Origin: Candidatus Latescibacterota bacterium
Lineage (GTDB): Bacteria; Latescibacterota; UBA2968; UBA8231
Assembly (NCBI GenBank): GCA_965208105.1
Contig: OZ242318.1
Span: 4,064,001 to 4,128,000 of the forward strand
Reading direction: 5' to 3'
Length of the DNA stretch: 64,000 nucleotides
Shown here piece after piece: positions 30,517-39,974 of the stretch (positions are counted from its first letter, which is position 1; the number at the start of each line of letters is the position of its first letter). The position numbers were made by a program, and so were the translations under genes. The notes beneath the pieces were generated by a model. That model saw nothing but the letters and a program-made list of their open reading frames with translations, was not told where the DNA came from and ran no database searches.

Positions 30517-32976
30517 ATGCAGAGTAGGGGTCGGGTTGTCATTATCGGGGCCGGAATCGCGGGCACGAGCGTGGCCTTCCGCCTGGCGCAGCGAGGCTGG
30601 AAGGATATCGTCGTGGTCGACAAGGGACCCCTGTTCAGGACCGGGGGCTCGACCTCCCACGCTCCGGGGCTCGTCTTCCAGGTCAACTTCTCAAGGATGA
30701 TGTCCGTGTTCGCCCGAGAGACGACGCGGATTTACGGCAGTCTGAATCCAGCGGTCGGTGAACGCCTGTGGTCCGCGGTCGGAGGGCTGGAGGTGGCATG
30801 GACCCCGGAGCGCTTGGAGGATCTCAAACGAAAGGTCGGGGCCGGGAGGGCGTGGGGTGTGGAGACCTGCCTTCTGGGTCCGGGCGAGACCCGCGGGAAG
30901 GTCCCGCTGCTGTCCGCGGCCATCCATGGCGCGATGTACACCCCGGGGGACGGGGTCGCGCGCGCATGGAAGCTGGCCGCCGCAATGGGCAGGCGGGCCG
31001 GTGAATGCGGGGCCGCGACGTTTCACGGAAACACCACCGTCACCGGGATCGACGTGGTCAAGGGGCAGGTCAGGGCGGTGCGCACCTCCAGGGGCGTCAT
31101 TCGCACCGACACCGTGGTCTGCGCGGCGGGGATTTGGGGAAGGCTCATCGGCCGGATGGCGGGCGTTGAGCTGCCCCTGGCGGTCTTGCGGCACCAGTAC
31201 GCGGTTACCGCCCCGCTGCCGCAGTTGCCCGCCGGCATCGGTGATTTCCGGGATCCCGTAATCCGCCACCAGGACCGCGCCGCCTACTTCCGCCAGCACC
31301 ACCGCTCCTACATCATAGGCTCCTACGACCACGAACCGATGCTGGTCGACCCGGCTGACATCGGATCGCCGCATTGTGCGCAGGAGATGCCTTCGATGAT
31401 GCCGTGGTCGGATTCGGCCTTTCGCAGGGGGATGATCGCGGCCGGAGAGCTTCTGCCCGCGCTGCGGGAGGTGGAGCTGGACCGCAAGGTCAACGGCATG
31501 TTCATCTTCACCCCGGACGGCATGCCCGTCCTCGGAGAAGCGCCACACCTAAGGGGCTTCTGGGCCGCGGAGGCTGTGTGGATCACCCACGCCGGCGGTG
31601 TGGGCCGGGCGTTGGCGGATTGGATGGTGGACGGCGATCCGGGAATGGATCTGTGGGAGGCGGACATCTGCCGATTTCATCCGCACCAGATGACTCGCGC
31701 CTACATTTCCAGGCGCGGGGCCAGGCAGTACCGCCAGGTCTACGATATCGTCCACCCGCAGCAGCAGATGGAGGAGCCGCGCCGCCTGCGCCTACTTCCA
31801 TGCCATCAGCGCTACGAGGAACTGGGAGCCCGCTTCTTCGAAAATGCCGGATGGGAGCGCCCGCAGTGGTTCGAAGCCAACGCCGCGCTGTTGCAGGGCT
31901 CGGCCTCTCCAAACCACCAGCGCGGCGGTTGGGAGGGACGGTTCTGGTCGGCCGTCATCGGGGCCGAGCACCGGGCCGTGCGCGAGCGGGTCGGCCTGTT
32001 CGACCTCACCCCCTTTACCAAGCTCGAAGTGAGCGGTCCGGGGGCGCTGAAGTTCCTCCAGGGTATCACCGCCAACCAGATGGACAGGCCCGTGGGCAGC
32101 ATTACCTACTCTGCCATGCTCACCCCCTGGGGCGGAATCAAGTGCGATCTGACCGTCACCCGGTTGGAGGCGGACTCCTTCATGGTTGTCACCGGTGCCG
32201 CCACCGCTGCCCACGACCGGGCGTGGATGGAGAGACACATGCCCGCTGACGGCTCGGTTGTCATCAGGGACGAAAGTACCAGGTGGTGTTGCATCGGTGT
32301 CTGGGGTCCGTTGGCGCGGGAACTGTTGCGCGAGGTCAGCGACGACGACCTGTCCGGCGGCGGATTTCCCTACCTTGCAGCAAGGCGGATTAGCATAGCT
32401 CATATTCCAGCCCTGGCCCTGCGCATCTCCTACGTCGGCGAACTGGGCTGGGAGATATACGCACCCTTCGAATCCGGCCGCAGACTGTGGGACATCCTGT
32501 GGGAAGCCGGCCGCCGGCTGGGGGCGGTCGCCGCCGGGATGGGCGCCTTCGACTCGCTCCGCCTCGAAAAGGGCTATCGCCTGTGGGGGAACGACATCCA
32601 CACCGAGTACAATCCCTTCGAAGCCGGCATTGGATTCGCGGTGCGGATGGACAAGGGAGATTTCATCGGGCGCGAGGCGCTGGAAGGCCTGCGGCGCAAG
32701 GGCATGTCCAGAAAACTCTGCTGTATGACCTTCGATCTGCCGGATGCGGTTGTGGTGGGGAAGGAGCCCATCCGGGCAGACGGCCGGGTCATAGGCTACG
32801 TCACCAGCGCAAACTACGGGTATTCCATCGGCAAGGGTATCGCCTACGGCTACCTTCCCATACCCTATGCCGGGGTGGGCACCAGGGTCGGGGTGGAGTA
32901 CTTCGGCGAAGCCCGCGATGCGACAGTCTCCCCCGAACCGTTGTGGGACGCGAAGATGGAGCGGCTGAAAGGCTGA
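30517..32976 (+). CDS. GcvT-family FAD-dependent oxidoreductase (dimethylglycine/sarcosine dehydrogenase-like)
   Basis: IIGAGIAG, GSTSHAPG, FTPDG and GWERP, then a folate-binding half with SYVGELGWEI and LRLEKGY; ATG 30517 with GAGGAG RBS. Confidence 0.9.
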   Translation: MQSRGRVVIIGAGIAGTSVAFRLAQRGWKDIVVVDKGPLFRTGGSTSHAPGLVFQVNFSRMMSVFARETTRIYGSLNPAVGERLWSAVGGLEVAWTPERLEDLKRKVGAGRAWGVETCLLGPGETRGKVPLLSAAIHGAMYTPGDGVARAWKLAAAMGRRAGECGAATFHGNTTVTGIDVVKGQVRAVRTSRGVIRTDTVVCAAGIWGRLIGRMAGVELPLAVLRHQYAVTAPLPQLPAGIGDFRDPVIRHQDRAAYFRQHHRSYIIGSYDHEPMLVDPADIGSPHCAQEMPSMMPWSDSAFRRGMIAAGELLPALREVELDRKVNGMFIFTPDGMPVLGEAPHLRGFWAAEAVWITHAGGVGRALADWMVDGDPGMDLWEADICRFHPHQMTRAYISRRGARQYRQVYDIVHPQQQMEEPRRLRLLPCHQRYEELGARFFENAGWERPQWFEANAALLQGSASPNHQRGGWEGRFWSAVIGAEHRAVRERVGLFDLTPFTKLEVSGPGALKFLQGITANQMDRPVGSITYSAMLTPWGGIKCDLTVTRLEADSFMVVTGAATAAHDRAWMERHMPADGSVVIRDESTRWCCIGVWGPLARELLREVSDDDLSGGGFPYLAARRISIAHIPALALRISYVGELGWEIYAPFESGRRLWDILWEAGRRLGAVAAGMGAFDSLRLEKGYRLWGNDIHTEYNPFEAGIGFAVRMDKGDFIGREALEGLRRKGMSRKLCCMTFDLPDAVVVGKEPIRADGRVIGYVTSANYGYSIGKGIAYGYLPIPYAGVGTRVGVEYFGEARDATVSPEPLWDAKMERLKG

Positions 32977-33043
32977 CGTCGTCTGGCCGAGGTCCCCTGT
33001 CCCCAACTTCCGCCGCCGAGTAGGCCTGGATCAGAACGAGGGA

Positions 33044-34027
33044 ATGATGTCGAAAAAGAGCATATTGGATCGCCTGTCTGCAGGGGTGGTACTCGGCGAC
33101 GGCGGCTACATCGTCGAGTTGGAGCAGCGCGGATGGGTGGTCACCGGGGCATTCACCCCGGAGATTTCCCTTACCCACCCCGGTGCGGTGCGCGAATTGC
33201 ACGAGGAGATGAAGAACGCGGGGTGCGAAGTACTGCAGGTCATGGCCTTCTACGGCAGCCGGGAGAAGCTGGAAACGGTAGGCTACGGCGAACTCACCAG
33301 GGAGATCAACCAGGCCGCGACCAGGATAGCCCTGGAGGTAGCCGGCGACGATCTGCTGGTGGCCGGAAACCTGAGCACGACCTGGATGTGGGAACCGGGA
33401 GACAAGCGCGGCGCGGCCATGGTGGCATCCATGTTCGACGAGCAGATCGAGGCCCAGGCAGGGGCCGATTTCGTTATCGGCGAGTTGTTTTTCAAACTCG
33501 GCGAGGCCCTGCTCTGCGCCGAGCGCATCAGGGAAAAATCCGGCCTCGCCTCCATGATTACCATGTCCTTTCGCGACGGCAACCTCACCGAGGACGGCTT
33601 TACCGCCGCCGAGTGCGCCAGGCGCCTTGCCGACGCCGGCGTCGATGTCGTCGGCTTGAACTGCATGAGAGATCCAGCGCACATGTACCCCCTCATCGAG
33701 GAGATGCGCCAGGCTTTCGGAGGTTACCTGGCGGCGCAGCCCGTGGCCTTCCGAACCACCGACGATACGCCGTGGTTCACCGGACTGCCCTCCTTTCCCG
33801 ACCGCCTGGAGCCAACCCAGTTGACCCGCTTCGAGCTGGGCAGGTTCGCGGAGCGGGCTCGGGACATGGGCGTCAACTACATCGGAGGATGCTGCGGCTG
33901 CAGGGCCACCCACATGCGCGAAATGGCCAAGGTATTGGGCAAGTACGAGGAAAAGCAGCGATGGAACCGCGGGTCCTCGAACATGAGCGAGACGGAATAC
34001 AACAAACAGTCCGTCGGGCGAGTATAG
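33044..34027 (+). CDS. Homocysteine S-methyltransferase family protein (betaine-homocysteine methyltransferase-like)
   Basis: LGDGG, GAFTPE, VGLNC and IGGCCG Zn ligands; FP..LEP..TR.E and HMREMA resemble BHMT. Confidence 0.85.
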   Translation: MMSKKSILDRLSAGVVLGDGGYIVELEQRGWVVTGAFTPEISLTHPGAVRELHEEMKNAGCEVLQVMAFYGSREKLETVGYGELTREINQAATRIALEVAGDDLLVAGNLSTTWMWEPGDKRGAAMVASMFDEQIEAQAGADFVIGELFFKLGEALLCAERIREKSGLASMITMSFRDGNLTEDGFTAAECARRLADAGVDVVGLNCMRDPAHMYPLIEEMRQAFGGYLAAQPVAFRTTDDTPWFTGLPSFPDRLEPTQLTRFELGRFAERARDMGVNYIGGCCGCRATHMREMAKVLGKYEEKQRWNRGSSNMSETEYNKQSVGRV

Positions 34028-34120
34028 GCAGGCCTTTCTGGTCTATTGACACACAAGGGGGGTTCCTTAGATTCTCTGCGAGAATTTCCCCTCCCGCTCC
34101 GCTTCGCATAGAAAACGGAT

Positions 34121-35374
34121 ATGGCCATCTCTCAATTCGAACGGGTTCCCAACCACTACGGCGGTCCGCTCATCCAGAAGATCAAGGATTTTCGCCTGGG
34201 CAATGGCAAGCGGTCTCTCGACCCGACACTGCTGCAGATCGGCCGCCTCGAAATCCTGGTTCCGCGCTACTTCGGATTCTGCTTCGGGGTGGAGCGGGCC
34301 ATACACATGGCCTTCTCGGCGCTGGACAAACACCCCGAAAAGGACATCCATCTGGTCAGCCAGATCATTCACAATCCCGTGGTCAACAACGATCTGCAGG
34401 AGCGCGGCATCAGGTTCATCTACAATGAAAGGGGCGAGCGCGAGATAGATGAGGAGGAGATCAAGGCGGATGACATCGTCCTCATACCTGCCTTCGGAAC
34501 CACCGTGCAGGTCGAGCAGTCCCTGCAAAATGGGGGCATCGACACCTCCTCGGAGGAGTATCGCCAGAACTACGACACCACCTGCCCCTTCGTCTCCAGA
34601 GTATGGGACCGTGGCGAGCAGTTGGGACGGGAAGGCTACACGGTCATAATTCACGGCAAGTTCAGGCACGAGGAGACCCAGGCCATGTTCTCGCACACCG
34701 AACGGCATGCCAAGCTCCTGGTCGTGCTGGACAAGGCCGAGGCAGGCAAGGTCTGCGACTTCATCGAGGGTGACCTGAGCCTGGAGGAGTTCAGCGCATT
34801 TTTCGCCGGCAAGTGGACGACGGGGTTCGATCCTCGCCGCGACCTGGAGCGCATCGCCGTGGTCAACCAGACCACCATGCTGGCCGATGAGACACGGGAG
34901 ATCGCCGCCCTGTTGCGCCAGGCCATGAAGCGGCGCTACGGCCCGGACAAGCTGGACTACCACTTCGCCGATACCGGCGACACTCTGTGCTACGCCACCA
35001 ACCAGAACCAGAATGCAACACGGACTCTTCTGGACAGCAAGGCCGATCTGGCCATCATCGTCGGTGGATACAACAGCTCCAATACCTCCCACCTGGTTGA
35101 AATTTGCAGCGAGGCAATGCCGAGCTATTTCATAAAGAACAGTGAAGAGATTCTTTCGCCGCGGCAGATTAGGCATTACCAGGTCCCCGCAAGGGAAGTA
35201 GTGGTCACCGACGACTGGCTGCCGCAGTCGCTGCCGGTGCGGGTGGCGGTTACCTCCGGGGCGTCCTGCCCCGACGTTCTGCTGAACGAGGTGATCGAGA
35301 CCATCGCCGGCTTCTACGGATATGGACCCGCCGAGATCGAGGCCGGCCTCGATTCCCTCAGTATCCTGGCTTGA
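34121..35374 (+). CDS. ispH: 4-hydroxy-3-methylbut-2-enyl diphosphate reductase
   Basis: FGFCFGVERA, IIHNP, TTCPFV, HEET, NQTT, TLCYAT, GGYNSSNT and TSGASCP motifs. Confidence 0.93.
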   Translation: MAISQFERVPNHYGGPLIQKIKDFRLGNGKRSLDPTLLQIGRLEILVPRYFGFCFGVERAIHMAFSALDKHPEKDIHLVSQIIHNPVVNNDLQERGIRFIYNERGEREIDEEEIKADDIVLIPAFGTTVQVEQSLQNGGIDTSSEEYRQNYDTTCPFVSRVWDRGEQLGREGYTVIIHGKFRHEETQAMFSHTERHAKLLVVLDKAEAGKVCDFIEGDLSLEEFSAFFAGKWTTGFDPRRDLERIAVVNQTTMLADETREIAALLRQAMKRRYGPDKLDYHFADTGDTLCYATNQNQNATRTLLDSKADLAIIVGGYNSSNTSHLVEICSEAMPSYFIKNSEEILSPRQIRHYQVPAREVVVTDDWLPQSLPVRVAVTSGASCPDVLLNEVIETIAGFYGYGPAEIEAGLDSLSILA

Positions 35375-35388
35375 AATGACCTTTCTCC

Positions 35389-35694
35389 ATGGTTCTCGCC
35401 AAAGTCAAAGGTAGCGTTGTCGCCAGCGCCAAGGTGGGCTCGCTGAGCGCCAGGAAACTGCTTCTGGTGGAGATCGTAACGCTCGGCGAGAAGGATCTCG
35501 AGAGCACCCGTCGCCACATGGTGTGCGTCGACGCGGTGGGCGCCGGCACCGGCGAATTGGTGCTGGTGGTAATGGGCAGTTCGGCGCGCACCGCTCCGGA
35601 CCTGGCGGATGTTCCCGCCGATGCGGTGATTGTCGGGATCGTCGACTCGGTGCAGGCTAGCGGGCGCGAACTGGCTCTGGCGGAAATCCAATGA
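35389..35694 (+). CDS. BMC vertex pentamer protein (EutN/CcmL family, BMC-P)
   Basis: MVLAKVKGSVVAS.K, DAVGAGTGE.V, GSSAR and DAVIVGIVD motifs. Confidence 0.93.
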   Translation: MVLAKVKGSVVASAKVGSLSARKLLLVEIVTLGEKDLESTRRHMVCVDAVGAGTGELVLVVMGSSARTAPDLADVPADAVIVGIVDSVQASGRELALAEIQ

Positions 35695-35806
35695 GGCTGT
35701 TCCGGGTCAATGGTCAGGGTCATTCGCGATATCAGGGTACGGTGAAGGGAGTGCATATCGAATCCGAGGGCAAAGCCCGCTACGAGGCTGTCAAGGAGGT
35801 TTGAGG

Positions 35807-36376
35807 ATGGCAGAAGCGATAGGAATGGTGGAAACGGTGGGACTGGTCGGGGTGGTCGAGGCCGGAGACGCCATGAGCAAGGCGGCCAATGTCGCCCTTC
35901 TCGGGTGGGACCGCGTAGGTTCCGGGCTGGTCTCGGTATTTTGCGAGGGGGATGTGGCGGCGGTCAAGTCTGCGGTCGACGCCGGTTCCCAGGCTGCCGC
36001 ACGGGTGAGCGAGGTGCACAGTGTCCACGTCATTCCCCGGCCCCATTCCGAGTTGGAGGCCGTATTGCCCAAGCGGCTTCTCCAGGAAGGGGAAGGAGGC
36101 GGCGCCAGGGTGCAGGCCCTGGGGTTGATCGAGACCCGCGGCGCCACCGGGGTGGTCGAGGCATCGGATGCGATGACCAAGGCGGCCGCCGTGGAGGTGG
36201 TGGGGATACAGGAGATCGGCGGGGGCTACGTCACGGCGCTGGTCAGCGGGGACGTGGGCTCGGTCAAATCCGCGGTGAGTGCGGGAGCGGAGGCCGCCGA
36301 GCGCGTGGGCGAACTGGTTTCCCAACACGTGATTCCGCGGCCCACCGACGATGTCGTTGCACTTTACGTGAGTTGA
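35807..36376 (+). CDS. Tandem two-domain BMC shell protein (BMC-T)
   Basis: Two PF00936-type repeats (AIGMVET..DAMSKAA..GDVAAV..VIPRP and ALGLIET..DAMTKAA..GDVGSV..VIPRP); start trimmed to ATG 35807 with GGAGG/GAGG RBS. Confidence 0.92.
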   Translation: MAEAIGMVETVGLVGVVEAGDAMSKAANVALLGWDRVGSGLVSVFCEGDVAAVKSAVDAGSQAAARVSEVHSVHVIPRPHSELEAVLPKRLLQEGEGGGARVQALGLIETRGATGVVEASDAMTKAAAVEVVGIQEIGGGYVTALVSGDVGSVKSAVSAGAEAAERVGELVSQHVIPRPTDDVVALYVS

Positions 36377-36390
36377 GGGAGGGAGCAGGA

Positions 36391-36654
36391 ATGCAGGCAT
36401 TAGGCATGGTGGAAGCGAGGGGGCTGGCGTGCGTGGTGGAGGCCCTGGACGCGATGTTGAAGACCGCCGACGTGCGCTATGCGGGACAGAAACGGGTAGG
36501 CTCGGGTATGGTGATGGTGCTGGTGGAAGGTGATGTGGCGGCGGTGAAGGCGGCGGTGGACGCTGGAGCGGAGGCGGCCCAGCGCGTGGGCGAGTTGCGC
36601 AGTGTGCACGTGATACCCCGTCCCACGGAGGGATTGAAGGAAAAGCTGCTGTAG
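36391..36654 (+). CDS. Single-domain BMC shell hexamer protein (BMC-H, PduA/EutM-like)
   Basis: MQALGMVEARG..DAMLKTA..GDVAAVKAAVDAG..VHVIPRP, 87 aa. Confidence 0.93.
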   Translation: MQALGMVEARGLACVVEALDAMLKTADVRYAGQKRVGSGMVMVLVEGDVAAVKAAVDAGAEAAQRVGELRSVHVIPRPTEGLKEKLL

Positions 36655-36735
36655 ATTTCCATCGGGTCCTTCCGGTCCAGGGGGTGAGGTCGAATCCGAG
36701 CCCGAGGCAAGAGGGCCTGTGGGCGCTGCGAGGAA

Positions 36736-38163
36736 ATGAGTGTGGCCCATGAAATGAGCGAGGAGCGCATTCGCGACATCGTCGAGGAGGTGGTCGGCAG
36801 GGTGATGGCCGCGGAAGGTGGGGCCGGAGGGGGCAAGCCGACCGCCGACGGGGTCTTTCAGGATGTGGACGAGGCGGTGGAAGCGGCGCATCGGGCCCAG
36901 CGCAAGCTGGTCGAGATCTCTCTCGAAGAACGCAAAAAAATCGTCGCCGCCCTGAGGCGGACCCTGAAGGAGCACGCCGAGGATTTTTCACGCCGGTCCC
37001 TGGAGGAGACGGGGATGGGCCGCCTCGAGGACAAGATCCGCAAACACCACGTGGCTGCGGATACTACTCCCGGGGTGGAAGATCTGGAGTCCGTGTCCTG
37101 GACGGGCGATCACGGCCTCACCGTGGTCGAAATGGCGCCATACGGGGTTATCGCCGCGGTGACCCCCTCGACCCATCCCGTGCCCACCCTGGCGAACAAT
37201 TCCATCGGCATTGTCGCGGCTGGCAATTCGGCGGTGTTCAACGTCCATCCCGGGGCGCGGAAGGTCTCGGCCTACGCAGTGCGCCTGTTCAACTCCGCCA
37301 TCGTCCGAGCCGGAGGACCGGCCAATCTGGTCACGGCCATTGAAATCCCCACCATAGAGAGCGCGGACCGGCTTTTCAATCACCGGGATGTCAGGTTGAT
37401 TCTGGTGACCGGGGGGCCGGGGGTGGCCCGGGCCGCCTTCGACAGTCCCAAGAAAGCCATCGTCGCCGGACCTGGGAACCCACCCGTGGTGGTGGACGAA
37501 ACCGCGGATCTGGAGCGCGCAGCACACGACATCGTCGACGGTGCGGCTTTCGACAACAACATTCTTTGCATCGGCGAAAAACAGGTGTTCGTTGTCGACT
37601 CGGTGGCCGATGCCCTGAAGAGTTTCATGGTGCGTTACAGCGCCTACGAGTTGAATCCCGAGCAGGTCGCCCGCCTGACTGAAGCAGCCTTTGTGCCGGG
37701 CGAGGACGGAGAGTTGCACGTCAACCGGGAACTGGTGGGCCGCAATGCATCCGTCCTGGGAGCCCGGATCGGGCTCCGCGTAGAAGACTCGTTGCGCCTG
37801 CTAATCGGCGAAACCGAGGCTGATCACCTCTTTGTCCGAGAGGAGCAGATGATGCCCTTCCTTCCCATCGTTCGGGTCCCCAACGTGGACCAGGCCATCC
37901 GCGCCGCGGTGGAGTCCGAGCACGGCTACCGCCACACCGCCGTCATCCACTCGCGCAACATCGAGAACATGCACAATATGGCGCGCGCGGTGGATACAAC
38001 CGTCTTCGTAAAGAACGGACCCTCCTACGCGGGGCTGGGCCTGGGGGGCGAAGGATTCGGCACCTACTCCATTGCCGGTCCCACGGGAGAGGGGTTGACA
38101 TCGGCGCGCACCTTCACGCGCCAGCGACGCTGCAGCCTCGTGGACTATTTCCGCATCACCTGA
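36736..38163 (+). CDS. CoA-acylating aldehyde dehydrogenase (EutE/PduP family) with N-terminal encapsulation peptide
   Basis: ETGMG, PSTHP, TGGPGV, AGPGNPP, FDNNILC (catalytic Cys), EQMMP and PTGEG motifs; amphipathic N-terminal helix EERIRDIVEEVVGRVM. Confidence 0.93.
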   Translation: MSVAHEMSEERIRDIVEEVVGRVMAAEGGAGGGKPTADGVFQDVDEAVEAAHRAQRKLVEISLEERKKIVAALRRTLKEHAEDFSRRSLEETGMGRLEDKIRKHHVAADTTPGVEDLESVSWTGDHGLTVVEMAPYGVIAAVTPSTHPVPTLANNSIGIVAAGNSAVFNVHPGARKVSAYAVRLFNSAIVRAGGPANLVTAIEIPTIESADRLFNHRDVRLILVTGGPGVARAAFDSPKKAIVAGPGNPPVVVDETADLERAAHDIVDGAAFDNNILCIGEKQVFVVDSVADALKSFMVRYSAYELNPEQVARLTEAAFVPGEDGELHVNRELVGRNASVLGARIGLRVEDSLRLLIGETEADHLFVREEQMMPFLPIVRVPNVDQAIRAAVESEHGYRHTAVIHSRNIENMHNMARAVDTTVFVKNGPSYAGLGLGGEGFGTYSIAGPTGEGLTSARTFTRQRRCSLVDYFRIT

Positions 38164-38171
38164 AGCCCTCC

Positions 38172-38858
38172 ATGTCCCCGCGGCAGTCAAATACATCCCA
38201 CCTGGACCGCCACGCGGTCGAAGCTCTAGTATGGCAGGCACTGAACGACTATCTGCCTCCCGCCCGTGAGAGGAGGGTGGCCGAGGCGCCCAGGCTGGTG
38301 GTCAATATATCGGCGCGCCATGCTCACCTGAACCAGCCTGCGATGGAGACCCTCTTCGGCAGGGGATCCGAGCTGAAGGTGCAGAAGGAACTGTACCAGG
38401 AAGGCGCCTTCGCCGCGGAGCAGACGGTGACGATTTTCGGGCCGCGCAAGCAGATGATCGCCAACCTTCGCGTCCTGGGGCCTCTGCGCGACCATTGTCA
38501 GGTGGAGCTGTCATTTACCGACGCGCGGTTCCTGGGCATAGACGCGCCCGTGCGGATGAGCGGCGACCATCGCCGGACGCCGGGTTGCTACCTGGTAGGG
38601 CCGGCCGGCGGGTTGGAAATGGACAGCGGGGTGATTCGCGCAGCCCGGCACGTGCACATGAATCCGCGGGAGGCGGAATTTTACGGGGTTGGCGACGGCG
38701 ATCGAATGAGGCTGGTGGTGGACAGCGAGCAGGGGGGAGTTCTGGATGGGGTGGTCTGCCGGGTCAGCGGGAAGGCAAAGCTGGAAGTGCACGTGGATAC
38801 GGACGAGGGAAACGGGGTGGATCTGATTCGCGCGCGCAAGGTGCATTTGGAGAAGTAG
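38172..38858 (+). CDS. pduL: PduL-type phosphotransacylase with N-terminal encapsulation peptide
   Basis: NISARHAHL, RVLGPLR, RHVHM and HVDTDEGN motifs; N-terminal helix AVEALVWQALNDYL. Confidence 0.92.
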   Translation: MSPRQSNTSHLDRHAVEALVWQALNDYLPPARERRVAEAPRLVVNISARHAHLNQPAMETLFGRGSELKVQKELYQEGAFAAEQTVTIFGPRKQMIANLRVLGPLRDHCQVELSFTDARFLGIDAPVRMSGDHRRTPGCYLVGPAGGLEMDSGVIRAARHVHMNPREAEFYGVGDGDRMRLVVDSEQGGVLDGVVCRVSGKAKLEVHVDTDEGNGVDLIRARKVHLEK

Positions 38859-38922
38859 GGACCACCGGCCACCTGGTGACGGCTATTCGAGCAGGCGGTC
38901 GGTCGAACAGAAGGCGGAGGGT

Positions 38923-39390
38923 ATGGCTGCTGTTTTCCACATTGCGGATCCGGTGGTCACAGGCGACCGATTGAAGTCCCTGCACCGGGACGAGAATGAG
39001 GTGTGGATCCACCCTGAGTCGGTTATCACCCCGACGGCTTGGGACTATATCCGCGAGCGGCGCCTCAGAGTCGTTCGGGACAGCAGGGAGCCACCCGCCG
39101 CCGAGCGGGAAACAGAGGCACTGGTCGGAAACCAGCTGTTGCAGGAAGGCCGGTGCCTGCAGCCCGGCCGATCCTGCGGCTGCCACGGCGACGAGTTCGG
39201 ATCGGGTTTCGTGGAGCCTGCATCCTGCCGGCAATGCGCCATTTTCCTCTTGCAGCGGGAGGGCAAACCCAACGCCGGCTGTGAGGGATGCAACCGCGCC
39301 GGAAGCGAGGGGAAGGATCTGGAAGCATTAGTGGGTCGGATTACCGACCAGATTTTTGCCCGCCTCGGTGAAAAACTGGGGGCAGGCTGA
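38923..39390 (+). CDS. BMC-associated Cys-rich hypothetical protein with C-terminal encapsulation-peptide-like helix
   Basis: GGAGG RBS; N-terminal VITPTAWDYIRE domain; 7 Cys in the middle; C-terminal LEALVGRITDQIFARL; stop overlaps the next ATG (TGATG). Confidence 0.75.
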   Translation: MAAVFHIADPVVTGDRLKSLHRDENEVWIHPESVITPTAWDYIRERRLRVVRDSREPPAAERETEALVGNQLLQEGRCLQPGRSCGCHGDEFGSGFVEPASCRQCAIFLLQREGKPNAGCEGCNRAGSEGKDLEALVGRITDQIFARLGEKLGAG

Positions 39391-39974
39391 TGGGCCAGGC
39401 AATCGGCATGATCGAGGTTGAAGGGGTGGCGGGGATCGTTCTGGCGGCCGATGCGGCCTGCAAGGCGGCCGAGGTGGAACTGTTGGGCTGGGAGTCCATC
39501 GGAGGCAGGACCGCGGTCTTCTTCGGGGGCTCCGTAGCCGCCGTCGCCGCTTCTCTGCAGGAGGGAGAAGAGGCGGCCGGCGAGGTGGTGGAGGAGGTGG
39601 TCGCCGCGCCCCTGAACCAGCCGGTCCCGGCTTGCAGAGAGTTCATCTCCTTCCCACCAGATGGTGGACTGGAAGCTTCTCCCGGAGCCCTGGGGCTGAT
39701 GGAGGCGAGAGGCTATGGAGCCCATGTCCGTTCCATCGACGTCATGGCCAAGGCCGCGGCGGTCAGGGTCTTTCGAGTGCTCAGCGTTCACGATCGGGTG
39801 GTGTGCACCCTGATTCAGGGCAATGTCGGTGCCGTGCAGGAGGCCATCGCAGTTGGCAGGGAGCTGATTGAGTCAAGTCCGTACTTTCGATGCTCCGCCG
39901 TCATCCCGCATCCTGATCCCCAGGTTCTAAAGGCCTTCGGGCAGGCGGGTTCAAGGCGATCATGGCACGGATAG
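39390..39974 (+). CDS. Divergent two-domain BMC shell protein
   Basis: Repeats AIGMIEVEG..DAACKAA and ALGLMEARG..DVMAKAA..GNVGAV..VIPHP. Confidence 0.88.
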   Translation: MGQAIGMIEVEGVAGIVLAADAACKAAEVELLGWESIGGRTAVFFGGSVAAVAASLQEGEEAAGEVVEEVVAAPLNQPVPACREFISFPPDGGLEASPGALGLMEARGYGAHVRSIDVMAKAAAVRVFRVLSVHDRVVCTLIQGNVGAVQEAIAVGRELIESSPYFRCSAVIPHPDPQVLKAFGQAGSRRSWHG

